A DNA stretch of 64,000 nt from the NCBI RefSeq assembly GCF_009914755.1, contig NC_060942.1; one strand, written 5' to 3'. Both the position numbers and the translations under genes were made by a program. Position 1 is the first letter of the stretch. The number at the start of each line of letters is the position of its first letter. The notes beneath the pieces are model-generated. The model was not told the origin of the DNA. It saw nothing but the letters and a program-made list of their open reading frames with translations, and did no database searches. Of the stretch, positions 1-10,000 are shown one piece after another. Source of the stretch: the human T2T-CHM13v2.0 reference genome, Homo sapiens.

Positions 1-49
1 AGGCTTATGGTGAACAAGGAAATATCTTCCCATGCAAACTAGACAGAAG

Positions 50-220
50 CATTCGCAGAAACTTGTTTGTGATGTGTGTCCTCAACTCACAGAGTTGAAC
101 ATTTCGTTTGACAGAGCAGTTTGGAAACACGATTTTTGTAGAATCTGCAAGTGGATATTTGGATGGCTTTGTGGATTTCGTTGGAAACGGGAGTATCTTC
201 ATAAAAAACCTAGACAGTAA
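50..220 (+). repeat. Monomer m1, B-type (D1-like), intact CENP-B box
   Basis: 171 bp; TTTCGTTGGAAACGGGA at 176-192. Confidence 0.92.
176..192 (+). promoter_or_regulatory. CENP-B box (m1); recurs in every HOR copy
   Basis: TTTCGTTGGAAACGGGA matches nTTCGnnnnAnnCGGGn. Confidence 0.95.
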
Positions 221-391
221 CATTCTCAGAAACGGCTTTGTGATATCCGCATTCACGTCACAGAGTTGAACATTCCCTTTCATAGAGCAGGTTTGAAACA
301 CCCTTTCTGTAGTATCTGGATGTGGGCACTTGGAGCTCTTGGACGCTTATGGTGAAAAAGGAAATATCGTCCCATAAAACCTAGACAGAAG
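221..391 (+). repeat. Monomer m2, A-type (D2-like)
   Basis: 171 bp; TTATGGTGAAAAAGGAA in the box register (347-363). Confidence 0.9.
347..363 (+). promoter_or_regulatory. A-box / pJalpha-like motif (also at 859-875, 1197-1213, 1706-1722)
   Basis: Near matches to CTAYGGTGRAAAAGGAA, in the same monomer register as the CENP-B box. Confidence 0.7.
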
Positions 392-561
392 CATTCTCAC
401 AAACTGCTTTGTGACGTATGTCGTCAGCTAACAGAGTTGAGCATTTCTATTCACAGAGCAGTTTTGAAAGACTCTTTTGGAGTATCTGCTAGTGGATATG
501 TGGAGAGCTTTAAGGATTTCACTGGAAACCGGAATATCTTCAGGTAAAATCTAGACAGAGG
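392..561 (+). repeat. Monomer m3, divergent B-type with a dead CENP-B box
   Basis: 170 bp; TTTCACTGGAAACCGGA at 517-533 breaks both TTCG and CGGG. Confidence 0.88.
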
Positions 562-732
562 CATTCTCAGAAACTTCTTTGTAATGTGTGTCCTCAACTA
601 ACAGTGTACAACCTATCTTTTGATACAGCACGTTGGAAACACTCTTTTTATAGAATCTGCAAGTGGATATTTGGATAGCTCTAACGATTTCGTTGGAAAC
701 GGGAATACCTTCATATAAAATCTAGACAGTGG
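562..732 (+). repeat. Monomer m4, B-type, intact CENP-B box
   Basis: 171 bp; box at 688-704. Confidence 0.92.
688..704 (+). promoter_or_regulatory. CENP-B box (m4); recurs in every HOR copy
   Basis: TTTCGTTGGAAACGGGA; all 9 core bases are present. Confidence 0.95.
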
Positions 733-903
733 CACTCTCAGAAACTGCTTTGTGATATCTGCATTCAAGCCACAGAGTTGAACATTTCCCTTCCTAAAGC
801 AGGTTTGAAACACTCTTTCTGTCGTATCTGGAAGTGGACATTTGGAGCACTTTGACGCCTTTGGTGAAAAAGGAAATGTCTTCCCATCAAAACTAGACAG
901 AAG
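733..903 (+). repeat. Monomer m5, A-type
   Basis: 171 bp; CTTTGGTGAAAAAGGAA at 859-875. Confidence 0.9.
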
Positions 904-1070
904 CATTCTAAGAAACATTTTTGGGATATATGTACTCAACTAACAGAGTTGAACCTTTCTCTTTATAGATCAGTTTTGGAAAGCTCTTTATGTGGAATCT
1001 GCAGATGGATATTCGGATAGCTCTGAGGATTTCGTTGGAGACGGGAATACATAAAGAAAGTAGACAGCAG
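904..1070 (+). repeat. Monomer m6, short B-type, variant but intact CENP-B box
   Basis: 167 bp (4 bp shorter after the box); TTTCGTTGGAGACGGGA at 1030-1046. Confidence 0.9.
1030..1046 (+). promoter_or_regulatory. CENP-B box (m6), non-core A>G variant; lost in HOR13-14
   Basis: TTTCGTTGGAGACGGGA keeps TTCG, the central A and CGGG. Confidence 0.88.
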
Positions 1071-1241
1071 CATTCTCGGGAGATTCTTTGTGATGTTTGC
1101 TTTGAAGTCACAGAGTTGAATATTCCCTTCAATAGAGCAGGTTTGAAACACTCTTTCTGTAGTATCTGGAAGTGGACATTTCGATCGATTTCAGGCCTAT
1201 GTTGAAAAAGGAAATATCTTAACATAAAAACTAGACAGAAG
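1071..1241 (+). repeat. Monomer m7, A-type
   Basis: 171 bp; CTATGTTGAAAAAGGAA at 1197-1213; TCGATCGA palindrome at 1181-1188. Confidence 0.9.
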
Positions 1242-1412
1242 CATTCTCAGAAACGTCTTTGTGATGTGTGTCCTCAACTAACAGAGTTCAACCTTTCTTA
1301 TGATACAGCAGTTGGGAAACACTCTTTTTATAGAATTTGCAAGTTGATACATGGATAGCCCTAACTATTTCGTTGGAAACGGGAATATCTTCACATAAAA
1401 CCTAGACAGAAG
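1242..1412 (+). repeat. Monomer m8, B-type, intact CENP-B box
   Basis: 171 bp; box at 1368-1384; closely resembles m4. Confidence 0.92.
1368..1384 (+). promoter_or_regulatory. CENP-B box (m8); lost in HOR16-20
   Basis: TTTCGTTGGAAACGGGA. Confidence 0.95.
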
Positions 1413-1579
1413 CACTCTCAGAAACTACTTTGTGATATCTGCATTGATATCAGAGAGTTGAATATTCCCTTTCTAAGGGCAGGCTTGAAAGCGTCTTTTT
1501 TTGGAATCTGCAGGAGGATATTTGGATAGCTTTGAGTGTTACGTTGGAAACGGGATTACATGTACAAAGCAGACAGCAG
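1413..1579 (+). repeat. Monomer m9, A/B hybrid with a dead CENP-B box
   Basis: 167 bp; the 5' half is like m5 and the 3' half like m6. TTACGTTGGAAACGGGA at 1539-1555 (TTCG>TACG). Confidence 0.8.
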
Positions 1580-1750
1580 CATTCTCAGAAGCTTCTTTAT
1601 GATGTTTGCGTTCAAGTCACAGAGTTGAACGTTCCCTTTCATAGTGCAGGTTTCAAACCCTCTTTCTGCAGTATCTGGAAGTGGACATTTCGAGCGCTTT
1701 CAGGCTTATGGTGAACAAGGAAATATCTTCCCATGCAAACTAGACAGAAG
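1580..1750 (+). repeat. Monomer m10, A-type; carries the single HindIII site
   Basis: 171 bp; AAGCTT at 1589-1594; (C/T)TATGGTGAACAAGGAA at 1706-1722; resembles m7. Confidence 0.9.
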
Positions 1751-4099
1751 CATTCGCAGAAACTTGTTTGTGATGTGTGTCCTCAACTCACAGAGTTGAA
1801 CATTTCGTTTGACAGAGCAGTTTGGAAACACGATTTTTGTAGAATCTGCAAGTGGATATTTGGATGGCTTTGTGGATTTCGTTGGAAACGGGAGTATCTT
1901 CATAGAAAACCTAGACAGTAACATTCTCAGAAACGGCTTTGTGATATCCGCATTCACGTCACAGAGTTGAACATTCCCTTTCATAGAGCAGGTTTGAAAC
2001 ACCCTTTCTGTAGTATCTGGATGTGGGCACTTGGAGCTCTTGGACGCTTATGGTGAAAAAGGAAATATCGTCCCATAAAACCTAGACAGAAGCATTCTCA
2101 CAAACTGCTTTGTGACGTATGTCGTCAGCTAACAGAGTTGAGCATTTCTATTCACAGAGCAGTTTTGAAAGACTCTTTTGGAGTATCTGCTAGTGGATAT
2201 GTGGAGAGCTTTAAGGATTTCACTGGAAACCGGAATATCTTCAGGTAAAATCTAGACAGAGGCATTCTCAGAAACTTCTTTGTAATGTGTGTCCTCAACT
2301 AACAGTGTACAACCTATCTTTTGATACAGCACGTTGGAAACACTCTTTTTATAGAATCTGCAAGTGGATATTTGGATAGCTCTAACGATTTCGTTGGAAA
2401 CGGGAATACCTTCATATAAAATCTAGACAGTGGCACTCTCAGAAACTGCTTTGTGATATCTGCATTCAAGCCACAGAGTTGAACATTTCCCTTCCTAAAG
2501 CAGGTTTGAAACACTCTTTCTGTCGTATCTGGAAGTGGACATTTGGAGCACTTTGACGCCTTTGGTGAAAAAGGAAATGTCTTCCCATCAAAACTAGACA
2601 GAAGCATTCTAAGAAACATTTTTGGGATATATGTACTCAACTAACAGAGTTGAACCTTTCTCTTTATAGATCAGTTTTGGAAAGCTCTTTATGTGGAATC
2701 TGCAGATGGATATTCGGATAGCTCTGAGGATTTCGTTGGAGACGGGAATACATAAAGAAAGTAGACAGCAGCATTCTCGGGAGATTCTTTGTGATGTTTG
2801 CTTTGAAGTCACAGAGTTGAATATTCCCTTCAATAGAGCAGGTTTGAAACACTCTTTCTGTAGTATCTGGAAGTGGACATTTCGATCGATTTCAGGCCTA
2901 TGTTGAAAAAGGAAATATCTTAACATAAAAACTAGACAGAAGCATTCTCAGAAACGTCTTTGTGATGTGTGTCCTCAACTAACAGAGTTCAACCTTTCTT
3001 ATGATACAGCAGTTGGGAAACACTCTTTTTATAGAATTTGCAAGTTGATACATGGATAGCCCTAACTATTTCGTTGGAAACGGGAATATCTTCACATAAA
3101 ACCTAGACAGAAGCACTCTCAGAAACTACTTTGTGATATCTGCATTGATATCAGAGAGTTGAATATTCCCTTTCTAAGGGCAGGCTTGAAAGCGTCTTTT
3201 CGTGGAATCTGCAGGAGGATATTTGGATAGCTTTGAGGCTTACGTTGGAAACGGGATTACATGTACAAAGCAGACAGCAGCATTCTCAGAAGCTTCTTTA
3301 TGATGTTTGCGTTCAAGTCACAGAGTTGAACGTTCCCTTTCATAGTGCAGGTTTCAAACCCTCTTTCTGCAGTATCTGGAAGTGGACATTTCGAGCGCTT
3401 TCAGGCTTATGGTGAACAAGGAAATATCTTCCCATGCAAACTAGACAGAAGCATTCGCAGAAACTTGTTTGTGATGTGTGTCCTCAACTCACAGAGTTGA
3501 ACATTTCGTTTGACAGAGCAGTTTGGAAACACGATTTTTGTAGAATCTGCAAGTGGATATTTGGATGGCTTTGTGGATTTCGTTGGAAACGGGAGTATCT
3601 TCATAGAAAACCTAGACAGTAACATTCTCAGAAACGGCTTTGTGATATCCGCATTCACGTCACAGAGTTGAACATTCCCTTTCATAGAGCAGGTTTGAAA
3701 CACCCTTTCTGTAGTATCTGGATGTGGGCACTTGGAGCTCTTGGACGCTTATGGTGAAAAAGGAAATATCGTCCCATAAAACCTAGACAGAAGCATTCTC
3801 ACAAACTGCTTTGTGACGTATGTCGTCAGCTAACAGAGTTGAGCATTTCTATTCACAGAGCAGTTTTGAAAGACTCTTTTGGAGTATCTGCTAGTGGATA
3901 TGTGGAGAGCTTTAAGGATTTCACTGGAAACCGGAATATCTTCAGGTAAAATCTAGACAGAGGCATTCTCAGAAACTTCTTTGTAATGTGTGTCCTCAAC
4001 TAACAGTGTACAACCTATCTTTTGATACAGCACGTTGGAAACACTCTTTTTATAGAATCTGCAAGTGGATATTTGGATAGCTCTAACGATTTCGTTGGA

Positions 4100-7000
4100 A
4101 ACGGGAATACCTTCATATAAAATCTAGACAGTGGCACTCTCAGAAACTGCTTTGTGATATCTGCATTCAAGCCACAGAGTTGAACATCTCCCTTCCTAAA
4201 GCAGGTTTGAAACACTCTTTCTGTCGTATCTGGAAGTGGACATTTGGAGCACTTTGACGCCTTTGGTGAAAAAGGAAATGTCTTCCCATCAAAACCAGAC
4301 AGAAGCATTCTAAGAAACATTTTTGGGATATATGTACTCAACTAACAGAGTTGAACCTTTCTCTTTATAGATCAGTTTTGGAAAGCTCTTTATGTGGAAT
4401 CTGCAGATGGATATTCGGATAGCTCTGAGGATTTCGTTGGAGACGGGAATACATAAAGAAAGTAGACAGCAGCATTCTCGGGAGATTCTTTGTGATGTTT
4501 GCTTTGAAGTCACAGAGTTGAATATTCCCTTCAATAGAGCAGGTTTGAAACACTCTTTCTGTAGTATCTGGAAGTGGACATTTCGATCGATTTCAGGCCT
4601 ATGTTGAAAAAGGAAATATCTTAACATAAAAACTAGACAGAAGCATTCTCAGAAACGTCTTTGTGATGTGTGTCCTCAACTAACAGAGTTCAACCTTTCT
4701 TATGATACAGCAGTTGGGAAACACTCTTTTTATAGAATTTGCAAGTTGATACATGGATAGCCCTAACTATTTCGTTGGAAACGGGAATATCTTCACATAA
4801 AACCTAGACAGAAGCACTCTCAGAAACTAGTTTGTGATATCTGCATTGATATCAGAGAGTTGAATATTCCCTTTCTAAGGGCAGGCTTGAAAGCGTCTTT
4901 TCGTGGAATCTGCAGGAGGATATTTGGATAGCTTTGAGGGTTACGTTGGAAACGGGATTACATGTACAAAGCAGACAGCAGCATTCTCAGAAGCTTCTTT
5001 ATGATGTTTGCGTTCAAGTCACAGAGTTGAACGTTCCCTTTCATAGAGCAGGTTTCAAACCCTCTTTCTGCAGTATCTGGAAGTGGACATTTCGAGCGCT
5101 TTCAGGCCTATGGTGAACAAGGAAATATCTTCCCATGCAAACTAGACAGAAGCATTCGCAGAAACTTGTTTGTGATGTGTGTCCTCAACTCACAGAGTTG
5201 AACATTTCGTTTGACAGAGCAGTTTGGAAACACGATTTTTGTAGAATCTGCAAGTGGATATTTGGATGGCTTTGTGGATTTCGTTGGAAACGGGAGTATC
5301 TTCATAGAAAACCTAGACAGTAACATTCTCAGAAACGGCTTTGTGATATCCGCATTCACGTCACAGAGTTGAACATTCCCTTTCATAGAGCAGGTTTGAA
5401 ACACCCTTTCTGTAGTATCTGGATGTGGGCACTTGGAGCTCTTGGACGCTTATGGTGAAAAAGGAAATATCGTCCCATAAAACCTAGACAGAAGCATTCT
5501 CACAAACTGCTTTGTGACGTATGTCGTCAGCTAACAGAGTTGAGCATTTCTATTCACAGAGCAGTTTTGAAAGACTCTTTTGGAGTATCTGCTAGTGGAT
5601 ATGTGGAGAGCTTTAAGGATTTCACTGGAAACCGGAATATCTTCAGGTAAAATCTAGACAGAGGCATTCTCAGAAACTTCTTTGTCATGTGTGTCCTCAA
5701 CTAACAGTGTACAACCTATCTTTTGATACAGCACGTTGGAAACACTCTTTTTATAGAATCTGCAAGTGGATATTTGGATAGCTCTAACGATTTCGTTGGA
5801 AACGGGAATACCTTCATATAAAATCTAGACAGTGGCACTCTCAGAAACTGCTTTGTGATATCTGCATTCAAGCCACAGAGTTGAACATTTTCCTTCCTAA
5901 AGCAGGTTTGAAACACTCTTTCTGTCGTATCTGGAAGTGGACATTTGGAGCACTTTGACGCCTTTGGTGAAAAAGGAAATGTCTTCCCATCAAAACTAGA
6001 CAGAAGCATTCTAAGAAACATTTTTGGGATATATGTACTCAAGTAACAGAGTTGAACCTTTCTCTTTATAGATCAGTTTTGGAAAGCTCTTTATGTGGAA
6101 TCTGCAAATGGATATTCGGATAGCTCTGAGGATTTCGTTGGAGACGGGAATACATAAAGAATGTAGACAGCAGCATTCTCGGGAGATTCTTTGTGATGTT
6201 TGCTTTGAAGTCACAGAGTTGAATATTCCCTTCAATAGAGCAGGTTTGAAACACTCTTTCTGTAGTATCTGGAAGTGGCCATTTCGATCGATTTCAGGCC
6301 TATGTTGAAAAAGGAAATATCTTAACATAAAAACTAGACAGAAGCATTCTCAGAAACGTCTTTGTGATGTGTGTCCTCAACTAACAGAGTTCAACCTTTC
6401 TTATGATACAGCAGTTTGGAAACACTCTTTTTATAGAATTTGCAAGCTGATACATGGATAGCCCTAACTATTTCGTTGGAAACGGGAATATCTTCACATA
6501 AAACCTAGACAGAAGCACTCTCAGAAACTACTTTGTGATATCTGCATTGATATCAGAGAGTTGAATATTCCCTTTCTAAGGGCAGGCTTGAAAGCGTCCT
6601 TTCGTGGAATCTGCAGGAGGATATTTGGATAGCTTTGAGGGTTACGTTGGAAACGGGATTACATGTACAAAGCAGACAGCAGCATTCTCAGAAGCTTCTT
6701 TATGATGTTTGCGTTCAAGTCACACAGTTGAACGTTCCCTTTCATAGAGCAGGTTTCAAACCCTCTTTCTGCAGTATCTGGAAGTGGACATTTCGAGCGC
6801 TTTCAGGCCTATGGTGAACAAGGAAATATCTTCCCATGCAAACTAGACAGAAGCATTCGCAGAAACTTGTTTGTGATGTGTGTCCTCAACTCACAGAGTT
6901 GAACATTTGGTTTGACAGAGCAGTTTGGAAACACGATTTTTGTAGAATCTGCAAGTGGATATTTGGATGGCTTTGTGGATTTCGTTGGAAACGGGAGTAT

Positions 7001-10000
7001 CTTCATAGAAAACCTAGACAGTAACATTCTCAGAAACGGCTTTGTGATATCCGCATTCACGTCACAGAGTTGAACATTCCCTTTCATAGAGCAGGTTTGA
7101 AACACCCTTTCTGTAGTATCTGGATGTGGGCACTTGGAGCTCTTGGACGCTTATGGTGAAAAAGGAAATATCGTCCCATAAAACCTAGACAGAAGCATTC
7201 TCACAAACTGCTTTGTGACGTATGTCGTCAGCTAACAGAGTTGAGCATTTCTATTCACAGAGCAGTTTTGAAAGACTCTTTTGGAGTATCTGCTAGTGGA
7301 TATGTGGAGAGCTTTAAGGATTTCACTGGAAACCGGAATATCTTCAGGTAAAATCTAGACAGAGGCATTCTCAGAAACTTCTTTGTAATGTGTGTCCTCA
7401 ACTAACAGTGTACAACCTATCTTTTGATACAGCACGTTGGAAACACTCTTTTTATAGAATCTGCAAGTGGATATTTGGATAGCTCTAACGATTTCGTTGG
7501 AAACGGGAATCCCTACATATAAAATCTAGACAGTGGCACTCGCAGAAACTGCTTTGTGATATCTGCATTCAAGCCACAGAGTTGAACATTTCCCTTCCTA
7601 AAGCAGGTTTGAAACACTCTTTATGTCGTATCTGGAAGTGGACATTTGGAGCACTTTGACGCCTTTGGTGAAAAAGGAAATGTCTTCCCATCAAAACTAG
7701 ACAGAAGCTTTCTAAGAAACATTTTTGGGATATATGTACTCAACTAACAGAGTTGAACCTTTCTCTTTACAGATCAGTTTTGGAAAGCTCTTTATGTGGA
7801 ATCTGCAGATGGATATTCGGATAGCTCTGAGGATTTCGTTGGAGACGGGAATACATAAAGAAAGTAGACAGCAGCATTCTCGGGAGATCCTTTGTGATGT
7901 TTGCTTTGAAGTCACAGAGTTGAATATTCCCTTCAATAGAGCAGGTTTGAAACACTCTTTCTGTAGTATCTGGAAGTGGCCATTTCGATCGATTTCAGGC
8001 CTATGTTGAAAAAGGAAATATCTTAACATAAAAACTAGACAGAAGCATTCTCAGAAACGTCTTTGTGATGTGTGTCCTCAACTAACAGAGTTCAACCTTT
8101 CTTATGATACAGCAGTTGGGAAACACTCTTTTTATAGAATTTGCAAGTTGATACATGGATAGCCCTAACTATTTCGTTGGAAACGGGAATATCTTCACAT
8201 AAAACCTAGACAGAAGCACTCTCAGAAACTACTTTGTGATATCTGCATTGATATCAGAGAGTTGAATATTCCCTTTCTAAGGGCAGGCATGAAAGCGTCT
8301 TTTTTTGGAATCTGCAGGAGGATATTTGGATAGCTTTGAGTGTTACGTTGGAAACGGGATTACATGTACAAAGCAGACAGCAGCATTCTCAGAAGCTTCT
8401 TTATGATGTTTGCGTTCAAGTCACAGAGTTGAACGTTCCCTTTCATAGTGCAGGTTTCAAACCCTCTTTCTGCAGTATCTGGAAGTGGACATTTCGAGCG
8501 CTTTCAGGCCTATGGTGAACAAGGAAATATCTTCCCATGCAAACTAGACAGAAGCATTCGCAGAAACTTGTTTGTGATGTGTGTCCTCAACTCACAGAGT
8601 TGAACATTTGGTTTGACAGAGCAGTTTGGAAACACGATTTTTGTAGAATCTGCAAGTGGATATTTGGATGGCTTTGTGGATTTCGTTGGAAACGGGAGTA
8701 TCTTCATAGAAAACCTAGACAGTAACATTCTCAGAAACGGCTTTGTGATATCCGCATTCACGTCACAGAGTTGAACATTCCCTTTCATAGAGCAGGTTTG
8801 AAACACCCTTTCTGTAGTATCTGGATGTGGGCACTTGGAGCTCTTGGACGCTTATGGTGAAAAAGGAAATATCGTCCCATAAAACCTAGACAGAAGCATT
8901 CTCACAAACTGCTTTGTGACGTATGTCGTCAGCTAACAGAGTTGAGCATTTCTATTCACAGAGCAGTTTTGAAAGACTCTTTTGGAGTATCTGCTAGTGG
9001 ATATGTGGAGAGCTTTAAGGATTTCACCGGAAACCGGAATATCTTCAGGTAAAATCTAGACAGAGGCATTCTCAGAAACTTCTTTGTAATGTGTGTCCTC
9101 AACTAACAGTGTACAACCTATCTTTTGATACAGCACGTTGGAAACACTCTTTTTATAGAATCTGCAAGTGGATATTTGGATAGCTCTAACGATTTCGTTG
9201 GAAACGGGAATACCTTCATATAAAATCTAGACAGTGGCACTCTCAGAAACTGCTTTGTGATATCTGCATTCAAGCCTCAGAGTTGAACATTTCCCTTCCT
9301 AAAGCAGGTTTGAAACACTCTTTCTGTCGTATCTGGAAGTGGACATTTGGAGCACTTTGACGCCTTTGGTGAAAAAGGAAATGTCTTCCCATCAAAACTA
9401 GACAGAAGCATTCTAAGAAACATTTTTGGGATATATGTACTGAACTAACAGAGTTGAACCTTTCTCTTTATAGATCAGTTTTGGAAAGCTCTTTATGTGG
9501 AATCTGCAGATGGATATTCGGATAGCTCTGAGGATTTCGTTGGAGACGGGAATACATAAAGAAAGTAGACAGCAGCATTCTCGGGAGATTCTTTGTGATG
9601 TTTGCTTTGAAGTCACAGAGTTGAATATTCCCTTCAATAGAGCAGGTTTGAAACACTCTTTCTGTAGTATCTGGAAGTGGACATTTCGATCGATTTCAGG
9701 CCTATGTTGAAAAAGGAAATATCTTAACATAAAAACTAGACAGAAGCATTCTCAGAAACGTCTTTGTGATGTGTGTCCTCAACTAACAGAGTTCAACCTT
9801 TCTTATGATACAGCAGTTGGGAAACACTCTTTTTATAGAATTTGCAAGCTGATACATGGATAGCCCTAACTATTTCGTTGGAAACGGGAATATCTTCACA
9901 TAAAACCTAGACAGAAGCACTCTCAGAAACTACTTTGTGATATCTGCATTGATATCAGAGAGTTGAATATTCCCTTTCTAAGGGCAGGCTTGAAAGCGTC

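Larger units (their letters stand above)
50..1750 (+). repeat. Representative 10-monomer HOR unit (m1-m10)
   Basis: Monomer starts are 50, 221, 392, 562, 733, 904, 1071, 1242, 1413 and 1580; the next unit starts at 1751. Lengths sum to 1701. Confidence 0.97.

Noticed and set aside
253-260. TCACGTCA (CRE/UPRE-like on the minus strand) and TGACG half-sites
   Set aside because: Short motifs like these are expected by chance, and there is no promoter context or other support.
1181-1188. TCGATCGA palindrome (and TACATGTA at 1557-1564) as functional sites
   Set aside because: 8-bp palindromes are unremarkable alone and useful only as restriction markers.
50-1750. Two BABBA pentamers suggesting SF3 or a 5-mer duplication
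   Set aside because: Sequence similarity pairs m4/m8, m7/m10 and m6/m9 rather than m(n)/m(n+5), and the monomers look D1/D2-like.
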